Of a stretch of DNA of 27,484 nucleotides, positions 6,534 through 14,084 are shown piece by piece. The stretch is from an uncultured Eubacteriales bacterium. Its GTDB lineage: Bacteria; Bacillota; Clostridia; Oscillospirales; Acutalibacteraceae. Position numbers and translations under genes: made by a program. The first letter of the stretch is position 1, and every line of letters begins with the position of its first letter. The notes below the pieces were generated by a model, which was not told the origin of the DNA, made no database searches, and was given only the letters and a program-made list of their open reading frames with translations. The stretch is taken from the NCBI GenBank assembly GCA_900321665.1, contig ONWY01000001.1:1-27484 (forward strand), in the 5' to 3' direction.

Positions 6534-7507
6534 CCTTCGTTTGCTTTGGAAAGCGGGTTAGCATTCATAGCGTTTCTGATTTGTCCGGAATCGGTATGGG
6601 TGTAGATTTCGGTGGTATTCAGGTTTTCATGTCCTAATATTTCTTTGAGCACCAAAACATCCGCATCACCGCTTTGGTACATCAGCGTTGCTGCCGTATG
6701 GCGCAGCTTGTGCACCGAAAAGCCTTGGTCGCCAAGACCTGCTTTATCGAGATACTTTTGCACCATTTTTTGCACCGATTCGCGGCTCATGCGCTTTTTT
6801 TGAGCAGAGATAAAGAGGGCTTTTTTATCAATTACGCCATCCACCGGGCGCACGCGCATATAATCTCTAATCGCTTTTAAGCAGGCATTATTGAGGTAAA
6901 CCACGCGCTCTTTATTGCCTTTACCGGTTACATCGATGGTGCAATCCTCGCGAATGTCACCGTAATTGAGCGAGCACAGCTCTGCTAAGCGCAAGCCGCA
7001 GTTTAAAAAAAGCGTAATAATGCAATAATCTCTCTCTTTATTTTTGCCTTCAACAGCATTTAAAAGGCGCGTTGCCTGCTCAAGGGTTAAGTATTTCGGG
7101 CGCGCCGCTTTTTTAAATTTCGGCATCTCTAAATCAATCATCGGGTCTTGCGGGATGCGCTTTACCTTGCGATACATATAATCAAAGTAGGATTTCAGTG
7201 TCGATACCTTGCGCGCTCTTGTGCGGTCGGTATTGCCGCGCTCATCCTTGCAAAATACCAAGTAGTTATAGGCATCCATCAGGGTGATGGATGCGATAAA
7301 GGCATCATCAATATCGCGAATATCAATTTCATCAAATGCACAATCGGCAGGGCAGAGGGCTCTGCTTTTTTTTAGAAAGCGGAAAAATGTGCGCAAATCC
7401 GAAGCATACTCTAAGGTGGTTAAGTCGGATTTTCCTTTGATAACGCGCAAATGGGTGACATACTCCTGCACACTCAGCGGCAAATATTGTAATTCTTCTT
7501 TTCTCAT
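6530..7507 (-). CDS. xerC: XerC-like tyrosine recombinase (conserved chromosomal clostridial type)
   Basis: Catalytic set is complete: GLR, TGKGNKER, HKLRH, LGH, TEIYTH. 325 aa, no phage-integrase arm-binding extension, no adjacent mobile genes. Its stop overlaps the spoIIM stop by 4 nt. Confidence 0.88.
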   Translation of the reverse strand: MRKEELQYLPLSVQEYVTHLRVIKGKSDLTTLEYASDLRTFFRFLKKSRALCPADCAFDEIDIRDIDDAFIASITLMDAYNYLVFCKDERGNTDRTRARKVSTLKSYFDYMYRKVKRIPQDPMIDLEMPKFKKAARPKYLTLEQATRLLNAVEGKNKERDYCIITLFLNCGLRLAELCSLNYGDIREDCTIDVTGKGNKERVVYLNNACLKAIRDYMRVRPVDGVIDKKALFISAQKKRMSRESVQKMVQKYLDKAGLGDQGFSVHKLRHTAATLMYQSGDADVLVLKEILGHENLNTTEIYTHTDSGQIRNAMNANPLSKANEG

Positions 7508-7517
7508 GGGGCACCTC

Positions 7518-7532
7518 GTGAAACAGTTTCAC
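7518..7532. repeat. 7-1-7 palindrome next to the xer RBS
   Basis: GTGAAAC-A-GTTTCAC; RBS GAGGTG on the minus strand at 7512-7517. Confidence 0.7.
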
Positions 7533-7541
7533 AAAATAACA

Positions 7542-7556
7542 AAATTACACAAAATA
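7542..7556. promoter_or_regulatory. 15-bp exact copy of one arm of the 8091-8126 palindrome, candidate operator half-site
   Basis: AAATTACACAAAATA at 7542-7556 equals 8093-8107; partial copies at 7528-7538 and (inverted) 8151-8161. Confidence 0.7.
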
Positions 7557-7566
7557 CTATATTACT

Positions 7567-7594
7567 ATTGTAACAGAATTAGAAAATAATGCAA
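7567..7594 (-). promoter_or_regulatory. sigma-A type promoter for the xer gene
   Basis: Minus strand TTGCAT (7594-7589), 16 nt, extended -10 TGtTACAAT (7575-7567). Confidence 0.55.
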
Positions 7595-8090
7595 GCATAA
7601 CCTTAAGTTAAATCATTTAGAATAGGCAGGAAGAGGCACCTATAGAATAAGTAAGTCCGTAAATAGAAACCGGCAGCGAAGATGTATTAAATAACTTTTT
7701 TCTTAATTATAAAACATTGTATTTATGAGCATTGCGATATAATATCTAAGAAAAAAACAAAAGCCGGTATTTATATCAAATATAAATAATTTAAATGATA
7801 CTTTGATGGTTCAAAATATAATTATCGGATACAGTTCTATCGAATAAAAATTCTTTAAATGATACAATGATGCCTGCGATTAAAATGATCAAATACAAAA
7901 TGGAAATAGAAATAGTAATTTAAAACTGTTTCAAGGCAAGCAACGCTTAATGCACAAAGCTGAGAATATAAGTTTATCCTAAAAAGGCTACAATAAGTTT
8001 AATGTAATAAACAAAAAAGCAAAAACCAATTATCAGGCAAAAATGTGCGAAAATTCCATAAAACAGCAAAAAACGGCTTTTTTCACTCCC

Positions 8091-8126
8091 CTAAATTACA
8101 CAAAATATACATTTTGTGTAATTTAG
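8091..8126. repeat. perfect 36-bp palindrome, candidate dif-like recombination site
   Basis: CTAAATTACACAAAAT-ATAC-ATTTTGTGTAATTTAG. On the minus strand it parses as ...ACAAAA-TGTATA-TTTTGT... The repeat is certain; the function is inferred. Confidence 0.9.
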
Positions 8127-8240
8127 ACTATATTTTTCTCCCTCCTTCATTTTTTGTGAAATAATCGATTCCCTTTCTCTTTTTAACTTTAAAGATGATG
8201 AAAAGTGAAAGGATTTGTCTGCCGATATGTGTGCATTATT

Positions 8241-9239
8241 CTATTTTGCAATTGCCGTATTCTCTACTTTCGGTTTATCTTTGAAAACAACTGCTGTAAG
8301 CTTTTCAATTTGCTTTCTGAAAATAAATGCCGCCAATACGACTGCTATTCTGTAAGCTGTATTGAGTGCCGCAACTGTAATGGTATTCATTTCCAAATCA
8401 CTCCAAAGCAGACCAATCGGTGCGATATAATAGATAATGCTGCCGAGTAAAGCGCCGAATACATTTACCGCTAAATAAGATAATGCGGCTTTTTTTGCCT
8501 GCTTATTCTTCCCCACCGAGGATAACAGAACCGGCAGCGATGCGCCGATACCGATGCCGAGTGTTAAAAAATAGCAGCTGCGAAAGCCGACAGCGCCCGT
8601 TGCGCTGAAGGTTTGCAAAATACCGACGGATGCGGAAGCGCTCTGCAGTAATGCCGCGATGGCAAGCCCGGCGCATAAGAGCAGTGGCGGAAAATTTAAC
8701 CGATTGACCCAATCTAAAAGCGCTTTATTGCCTTTTATCGGTTCCACAGCTTGTGTGATAAGGTGAATACCAAGCATTAAAACGGCAAATCCGAGCAGTA
8801 ATTCACCGACTCGCCTAACATTCCTCTTTTTGCCGAAAAGCTTTAAAATAATGCCTCCTGTGGCACATACGGCGCTAATGACAGATGCGGAAAATACAGA
8901 GAGAATGCCTGCATTGATTTCAAGCGAGGAATATGCGATGAGCCACCCTGTGACAGCGGTTCCCGCAATCGAGCCCAAGATAAGCGGCAAAGCCTGTTGA
9001 AATCGAATAATACTGCTTTCCACCAAACCGACCACCATGGCGCACACGGCTGAGGAGGATTGTAAAAAAGCTGTTACTCCCGTACCAAGCAGTAAGCCCT
9101 TTAACGGATGCTTTGTTACTCGCGCGAGAACCGGCTCAAGCCTTGTTGCGCCCAATTTTTTCAAATGGTCGCTCATCAGGTTTAAACCGAATAAAAAGAG
9201 TGAAATTCCAAGCAACAGATTCAAAACGATGCATATCAT
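8241..9239 (-). CDS. Na/Pi cotransporter family protein (short form, no PhoU-like tail)
   Basis: LFLFGLNLMS, LGTGVTAFLQSSSA, second repeat LLQSASASVG, LGIGIGAS. Confidence 0.85.
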   Translation of the reverse strand: MICIVLNLLLGISLFLFGLNLMSDHLKKLGATRLEPVLARVTKHPLKGLLLGTGVTAFLQSSSAVCAMVVGLVESSIIRFQQALPLILGSIAGTAVTGWLIAYSSLEINAGILSVFSASVISAVCATGGIILKLFGKKRNVRRVGELLLGFAVLMLGIHLITQAVEPIKGNKALLDWVNRLNFPPLLLCAGLAIAALLQSASASVGILQTFSATGAVGFRSCYFLTLGIGIGASLPVLLSSVGKNKQAKKAALSYLAVNVFGALLGSIIYYIAPIGLLWSDLEMNTITVAALNTAYRIAVVLAAFIFRKQIEKLTAVVFKDKPKVENTAIAK

Positions 9240-9273
9240 CCCCTATCTATTCTATAGAATTTGCAAAAAGGTT

Positions 9274-9303
9274 AAAAAAATTAGTCCGCAAGCGGACTAA
9301 TTT
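9274..9303 (-). terminator. intrinsic terminator after divIC
   Basis: AAATTAGTCCGC-aa-GCGGACTAATTT inverted repeat followed by a T-run on the minus strand; overlaps the divIC stop. Confidence 0.8.
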
Positions 9304-9614
9304 ACATCGTAATAAATTTTTTCATCGGGAAATACATAGCCTAAGCGCTCTCTGGCTATACGTTCTATAATATCGTTTTCATCAGCATTTTTGAGCAAAT
9401 TTTTGGTATTTTTATTATCATCGATAATTGCATCATATTGGCTCTTTGCGAGCTTTATTTTTTCATTGGTATCGCCGATTTTGATGCCTGTTTCAATTGC
9501 GGTTACTGCCAAATAGATGACAAGGCAAGTAAAAGCAAAGGCGACAATCAAGCTTCTCAAGGGTTTAGCTTGCCTTTGTTTTCTTTTTTTCCTTTTGACC
9601 GGATTTTTCGGCAT
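9297..9614 (-). CDS. divIC: septum formation initiator (DivIC/FtsB family)
   Basis: Basic N-terminus, one TM helix, coiled coil, IERIARERLGYVFPDE; follows yabQ. Confidence 0.88.
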   Translation of the reverse strand: MPKNPVKRKKRKQRQAKPLRSLIVAFAFTCLVIYLAVTAIETGIKIGDTNEKIKLAKSQYDAIIDDNKNTKNLLKNADENDIIERIARERLGYVFPDEKIYYDVN

Positions 9615-10095
9615 TTTGTGCTTTTTTGCTCCTTAAACTTACTTTGCCTTTTGCCAATCGGGATAGTTTTGCTTGAAAAGACCTGATAAAATTATACACC
9701 ACATCATATGCCTTTTTCAATATATTTTTAAATTTATTAATAATATATTTACAGTGCCTAAAGACAGGGCGAAAGAGCTTATCGGATAAAAAGGATTGCA
9801 CGGCGAGCGCAATTTTATCGCTTCTTTTCTTCAGCAAAATCAAAGTGAGTATCAGAGCAGTTAAAAAAGCAATCATTTGGTAAACGCGCAGCGCTGCATC
9901 CTGCATCACGATATTAACACAAACGATTAATAACACCGAAAGCAAGCAATAAATAAAATCACAAATGACTGCCGCCTTCCCTTTGATTGCTTTCGAGCAA
10001 AGCAGCAGTGCTAAAAGTCCGTCTACCACGCCGGCGCACAGGCTGTATAGAAAGAATTTTGATTGCGCGAGAAAACCGATATCGTGGTAATACAT
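9565..10095 (-). CDS. yabQ: spore cortex biosynthesis protein YabQ-like
   Basis: Hydrophobic N-half (FLYSLCAG, CDFIY, LRVYQ); lies between yabP and divIC. Confidence 0.8.
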   Translation of the reverse strand: MYYHDIGFLAQSKFFLYSLCAGVVDGLLALLLCSKAIKGKAAVICDFIYCLLSVLLIVCVNIVMQDAALRVYQMIAFLTALILTLILLKKRSDKIALAVQSFLSDKLFRPVFRHCKYIINKFKNILKKAYDVVYNFIRSFQAKLSRLAKGKVSLRSKKAQNAEKSGQKEKKKTKAS

Positions 10096-10376
10096 TATTT
10101 CATCAGCCTGCCAAAAAAGGAAGTGCTTTTTTGAGGTGTACTTTCGCTGTAAAAGACAGATTGAATCAATCCGTCAACCAGCAGCTCGCCGCTGTCGACA
10201 TCGAGCTTCGCAATTTTCAAATTCTCGCCGGTGATGACCAAATCCCCTTTTTGGGTTTTTGCACTGATGTTAAAATCATCAAAATTATCCACATCCTTGA
10301 CACCGGTCAGTCGGAGCTTTTCTCTATTTTCAATGTATAGGTTGGATTGAGTATAGATGCCTTCGTTTTCGTTCAT
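10095..10376 (-). CDS. yabP: sporulation protein YabP
   Basis: IENREKLRLTGVKDVDNFD...GENLKIAKLDVDSGELLVDGLI. ATG 10376 is preferred (GGGTGG 8 nt upstream); GTG 10388 is the alternative start. Confidence 0.92.
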   Translation of the reverse strand: MNENEGIYTQSNLYIENREKLRLTGVKDVDNFDDFNISAKTQKGDLVITGENLKIAKLDVDSGELLVDGLIQSVFYSESTPQKSTSFFGRLMK

Positions 10377-10407
10377 ATCATTCGCCACCCGTAAAAGTTT
10401 TTATTAA

Positions 10408-10436
10408 AACATATGCGGCGAAGGCGTGGGATATGC
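10408..10436 (-). promoter_or_regulatory. sporulation (sigma-E-like) promoter for yabP-yabQ
   Basis: Minus strand GCATA, 16 nt, CATATGTT, matching ATA-N16-18-CATAnnnT; yabPQ is sigma-E controlled in B. subtilis. Confidence 0.55.
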
Positions 10437-10437
10437 C

Positions 10438-10680
10438 CTATTTGATCATTTTATACATTTTATCCGCATCCTCTTTGCGGACTGTTTCCAAAACATTGAG
10501 GACTTCATACTCGTGCGAAGAGGCGCCTAAATTGACTGTCAGCACATCCCCTGCCTTCACGGCATAGGATGCGCGTGCCGCTTTGCCGTTGACTAAGATT
10601 CTGCCTGCATCGCAAGCATCGTTTGCAATGGTGCGCCGCTTAATGATTCTCGATACCTTCAAATATTTATCTAATCTCAT
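10438..10680 (-). CDS. rqcP: S4-domain RNA-binding protein, RqcP/YabO family
   Basis: MRLDKYLKVSRIIKRRT.A...C..GRI.VNGK; lies between hup and yabP. Confidence 0.88.
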   Translation of the reverse strand: MRLDKYLKVSRIIKRRTIANDACDAGRILVNGKAARASYAVKAGDVLTVNLGASSHEYEVLNVLETVRKEDADKMYKMIK

Positions 10681-10741
10681 TTTTTCACCGCCTTTGTAGG
10701 TATTATATCATATATTTTTTAAAATAGAAACCGCTTTGCGG

Positions 10742-10774
10742 AAAAAAGAAACTGCCTCACGGCAGTGAGACAGT
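10742..10774 (-). terminator. intrinsic terminator after hup
   Basis: Minus strand ACTGTCTCAC-tgcc-GTGAGGCAGT followed by TTCTTTTTT. Confidence 0.8.
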
Positions 10775-10803
10775 ATCTTTATAAAAATGCATTAGGATTC
10801 TAA

Positions 10804-11076
10804 TTATTTAACAGCATCCTTGAGAGCTTGACCTGCTCTGAATGCAGGAAGCTTAGAAGCCGGAATTTCCATAGCTTCGCCTGTTCTCGGATTGCGGCCT
10901 TGCTTAGCAGCTCTTTCTCTGACTTCAAAAGTACCAAAGCCAACAAGTTGAACCTTCTCGCCCTTCTTAAGAGCATCAGTGATAGCAGCAGTTACAGCGT
11001 TGATTGCCTTTTCTGCATCCTTGTTGCTAAGAGCGCTTGCATCTGCTACTGCTTTAATAAGATCCTTTTTGTTCAT
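10804..11076 (-). CDS. hup: DNA-binding protein HU
   Basis: MNKKDLI...[32 protein letters not shown] 11076 has a GGAGG RBS (the ORF-track start at 11112 is too long). Confidence 0.97.
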   Translation of the reverse strand: MNKKDLIKAVADASALSNKDAEKAINAVTAAITDALKKGEKVQLVGFGTFEVRERAAKQGRNPRTGEAMEIPASKLPAFRAGQALKDAVK

Positions 11077-11119
11077 TTTTAATGTCCTCCAAAATAATAT
11101 TTCTAAAGGCATAAAGCCT

Positions 11120-11923
11120 TTATTTGGTTAGTTTCTTTGCTTCCTCCCAAAGAATGTCAAGCTCTTCGAGTGAAGCGGTTTTCATATCGATCGAGCGCGC
11201 GGCAGCTAATTGTTCCACAATACTGAAACGCTTGATAAATTTTTCGTTTGCAAAAGTGAGCGCCTGCTCGCTGTCTGCCTTGATAAATCTTGAAACATTG
11301 ACACAGCTGAATAATAAGTCGCCCAACTCTTCAAAAGCTGCGCTTTCATTACCGCGGCGAATTTCAGCAGCAAGCTCATCACACTCGCTATGCACCTTTT
11401 CAAGCGCACCGCTTGCATCCTCCCAATCAAAGCCGACCTTTGCCGCCTTTTTTTGGATTTTTTCCGCGCGCATCAGCGCCGGTAATTCCTTAGGGATGGT
11501 CTGCATAGCTTGGGTGGCGGATTTCAACTGCTTGGTTTCGGTTTTTACCCTGTCCCAGGTGTTGAGCACTTCCTCCGCCGTCTCGCAATGCTCTTTACCA
11601 AAGACATGCGGGTGGCGCACAATCAGCTTTTGCGCAAGCTCATCGACAACATCATCAAAAGTGAAACTGCCGGCTTCACTTTCCATTTGCGCATGCAACA
11701 GTATTTGCATCAGCACATCGCCAAGCTCCTCGCGCAGCATCACCGGGTTATCTTTATTAATTGCCTCAACTACCTCATAGGTTTCCTCAATGAAATTTTT
11801 CTTGATGCTTTCATGAGTCTGTTCCCTATCCCAAGGGCAACCTTCGGGGGTACGCAGCAGGCGGATGATTTCCACTAAATCGGAAACACCATATTTAGTT
11901 TTAAACTCGAAATTTTCTATCAT
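11120..11923 (-). CDS. mazG: nucleoside triphosphate pyrophosphohydrolase MazG
   Basis: [40 protein letters not shown], second domain ELGDLLFS. Confidence 0.95.
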   Translation of the reverse strand: MIENFEFKTKYGVSDLVEIIRLLRTPEGCPWDREQTHESIKKNFIEETYEVVEAINKDNPVMLREELGDVLMQILLHAQMESEAGSFTFDDVVDELAQKLIVRHPHVFGKEHCETAEEVLNTWDRVKTETKQLKSATQAMQTIPKELPALMRAEKIQKKAAKVGFDWEDASGALEKVHSECDELAAEIRRGNESAAFEELGDLLFSCVNVSRFIKADSEQALTFANEKFIKRFSIVEQLAAARSIDMKTASLEELDILWEEAKKLTK

Positions 11924-11940
11924 TTACCACTATATATTAT

Positions 11941-11969
11941 ATTTTATCCTAAAACATGAATTTTTTCAA
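11941..11969 (-). promoter_or_regulatory. possible sigma-A promoter for mazG
   Basis: Minus strand TTGAAA (11969-11964), 17 nt, TAAAAT (11946-11941). Confidence 0.45.
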
Positions 11970-13650
11970 GTACTTTTGCGATTTTTTCGCCTGCAGGCAG
12001 CATTAATACATCCTCTTTTGAGAGCGCTTTAATCAAAAGCAGCACAGCAGCATACACAATTACAGCAGCTAAAATAGCGGCAATGGTATTTACCGTGTTA
12101 CCGAAATGCGCAAATTTAAGAAGTAAATAGTGGGTTCCCCATGCTGCCGCGCCGGAAAACAGCGATGCAATCACAGGCTTAACGGCAACGGATACAAAAT
12201 TGAATTTTACTTTTGTATATTTAAACAAATAGAATAAGTTGACCGCTACGCTGATGGCATAGCAAGCCACTGTGCTGATAGCGGCACCCTTGATGTTAAA
12301 CTCGGGCATACCGACAAGCACATAGTTTAATACAATTTTCACGGCGCAGGCAATACCGAAGGAAATTGCCGGTACTTTTGCCTTGCCGATTGCCTGCAAC
12401 AGCGTTGTAACAGGCGAAGAAAGCGCGTATAAAAACAGAGATATACCGAATATTGCCAAAATATCTTTGCACATAAAAGGTATATCCGGCTGGCTTCTGC
12501 CGTAGAGCAAGGTCAATATCGGTTGAGAAAGTACAGCCATACCGATACCTGCCGGCATGGAAATGAGCATACAAATTCTCAAGACGGACTCAATGCTGAT
12601 GCGGATATTCTTTTTATCATTCACTGCCCAATACTGCGCAAGCGCCGGTAAGGAGCTGACACCAAGCGTTAAGGTGATTTGCGGCACCATATTCCTCAGT
12701 GTTTCATCCACATCGAAGCAACCGTAAAGGTACACATTGAGTTTATCTGTCCCCTTCGGGATAAAGGGATACATTTCGCGAATTATATTTTCACCGTTGG
12801 CAACTGCAACTGCGAGCCTGTTTTGTACGGTCGCCGCATCTATCAAGGTGGCAACATTTGAGATCAAAGAGGTCAGCACAATCGGGATTGCCAGGTTAAT
12901 TAAAGTGCGCAAAATTTGCTTGTTGGAATCGGCTTTCGGTGCCAAAAACAGCTCTTCCTCGGTAAAACCGAAGCCGTCTTTTTTCATCTTTATCCACAAA
13001 TAGATTTGCGAACCGAGTGTGCCGAAGGTAACACCCAAGATAGCTGCCGAGGCTTCTATCGGGTAGCGCACCTCGGGCTTTGTGATGCCGTTGGCTTGAC
13101 AATAGCGAATAGCAAGGTAGGTTAAGCCCAAGCCGAACACAAGCTTTACGAGGCTTTCCGTGATTTGAGAAATCGCAGTCGGGAACATATTTCTCATGCC
13201 CTCGTAATAACCGCGATAAGCGCTCATGACGCAACAAATCAGAATTGCCGGTGCTATGCACAAAATGACCGGCAAGGCTTCGGGCGCTCTGGCCACATAT
13301 TTTACATAGGGGTAAGCAACCGCCGCGAGCAATAAAGTGCCGGCTGTGCCCGTAACAATAAATGCGCGCAGTGAAACCTTAAAAATACTCTTAACATTGT
13401 TATATTTCCCGAGTGCCATATTTTCGGAAATCAGCTTGGAAACGGCAATCGGCAAGCCTGCCATGGAAATTGACCAAATCGGTAAATAAATTTTGTAGGC
13501 AGTTGTATAGTACCCCATACCGATACCGCCGATGTAATTGGTGATGGGGATTTTATAGATAGCACTAATGAGCTTCACGATGATAGTTGAAGCAACGAGA
13601 ATCAACGCACCGCTTAAAAGTGTTTGGTTTTTTCGTTGGTTGTTAGACAA
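11944..13650 (-). CDS. MOP-superfamily flippase (YabM/SpoVB/MurJ-like polysaccharide biosynthesis protein)
   Basis: LSGALIL...IVKLISAIYKIP, GLPIAVSKL, YRGYYEG, PTAISQITE; many TM helices; usual position upstream of mazG/yabN. Confidence 0.9.
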   Translation of the reverse strand: MSNNQRKNQTLLSGALILVASTIIVKLISAIYKIPITNYIGGIGMGYYTTAYKIYLPIWSISMAGLPIAVSKLISENMALGKYNNVKSIFKVSLRAFIVTGTAGTLLLAAVAYPYVKYVARAPEALPVILCIAPAILICCVMSAYRGYYEGMRNMFPTAISQITESLVKLVFGLGLTYLAIRYCQANGITKPEVRYPIEASAAILGVTFGTLGSQIYLWIKMKKDGFGFTEEELFLAPKADSNKQILRTLINLAIPIVLTSLISNVATLIDAATVQNRLAVAVANGENIIREMYPFIPKGTDKLNVYLYGCFDVDETLRNMVPQITLTLGVSSLPALAQYWAVNDKKNIRISIESVLRICMLISMPAGIGMAVLSQPILTLLYGRSQPDIPFMCKDILAIFGISLFLYALSSPVTTLLQAIGKAKVPAISFGIACAVKIVLNYVLVGMPEFNIKGAAISTVACYAISVAVNLFYLFKYTKVKFNFVSVAVKPVIASLFSGAAAWGTHYLLLKFAHFGNTVNTIAAILAAVIVYAAVLLLIKALSKEDVLMLPAGEKIAKVLEKIHVLG

Positions 13651-13663
13651 AATAAGCTCCTAT

Positions 13664-14020
13664 TTACTTGATTTGCGCACCGCATTTCGGGCAAAAGGAA
13701 TTATCCTCATTGATATCTGCACCGCACGAAGGGCATCTGACAGTGTTTTTGATGGCACTGATGATATCTCTTTTCTCTTCGATATCTGCCTTCAATAAAT
13801 CAATTTCTTCAATCAACGCAGCAAAATCGGGTAATTCCTCCCCTGCTTTTACAGCGTCATAAACCTTTTTGCCGATAGACATATAGTTTTTATCGAGCTT
13901 CATATTTAACTGTGCAATTTCCACCTTGTTTTTGGAAATTTGATACAGCTCTTGAGATTTTTCGCCTGCGGTTGAGGCAAGCACCTTTGCTTTATCTAAA
14001 ACTTCATTAATATCTGCCAT
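13664..14020 (-). CDS. coiled-coil protein with C-terminal zinc ribbon
   Basis: CPSC...FCPKCG; AAGGAG RBS. Confidence 0.85.
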   Translation of the reverse strand: MADINEVLDKAKVLASTAGEKSQELYQISKNKVEIAQLNMKLDKNYMSIGKKVYDAVKAGEELPDFAALIEEIDLLKADIEEKRDIISAIKNTVRCPSCGADINEDNSFCPKCGAQIK

Positions 14021-14055
14021 AATGCATCATTCTCCTTTATAAAAATTCAATCCTT

Positions 14056-14084
14056 ATTTTACCACGAATACTGTGTAAAATCAA
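14056..14084 (-). promoter_or_regulatory. sigma-A promoter for the zinc-ribbon/flippase genes
   Basis: Minus strand TTGATT, 17 nt, extended -10 TGgTAAAAT. Confidence 0.6.

Noticed and set aside
6530-7507. The xer gene as the integrase of a prophage/ICE or of the queA cassettes
   Set aside because: It looks like the conserved chromosomal Xer type, has no neighbouring mobile genes, and the queA cores do not resemble the palindrome arms. Action in trans is not excluded but is unsupported.
7517-7535. Rex operator (TTGTGAA-N4-TTCACAA)
   Set aside because: The spacer is 5 nt with a mismatch, and the other half-sites are in the opposite orientation.
7586-7613. Canonical dif site (TTAAGTTAAAT matches the XerD arm at 10/11)
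   Set aside because: The CATAA-like left arm is only 2 nt away instead of 6; with a 6-nt spacer the left arm does not match. Likely chance in AT-rich DNA.
7722-7935. Degenerate CRISPR array (about 64-nt period, ATTTAAAT-like start)
   Set aside because: Only two convincing 19-nt copies, no third repeat at register, no cas genes.
7508-8240. oriC, or a small or decayed membrane-protein gene in the long AT-rich gap
   Set aside because: No TTATCCACA DnaA boxes seen. The hydrophobic minus-strand frames (e.g. ISISILYLIILIAGIIVSF) are short, broken by stops, lack start/RBS, and are expected from A-rich DNA.
11104-11122. TAAAGGC/GCCTTTA hairpin as a mazG terminator
   Set aside because: Weak 7-bp stem with no U-tract on the minus strand; at most a processing or stability element for hup mRNA.
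11124-11780. 218-aa plus-strand ORF
   Set aside because: Antisense shadow of mazG; Ser-rich, no RBS or recognisable motif.
11120-11923. Stand-alone MazG without the YabN methylase domain as a novelty
   Set aside because: Two-domain MazG without the fusion is a common form.
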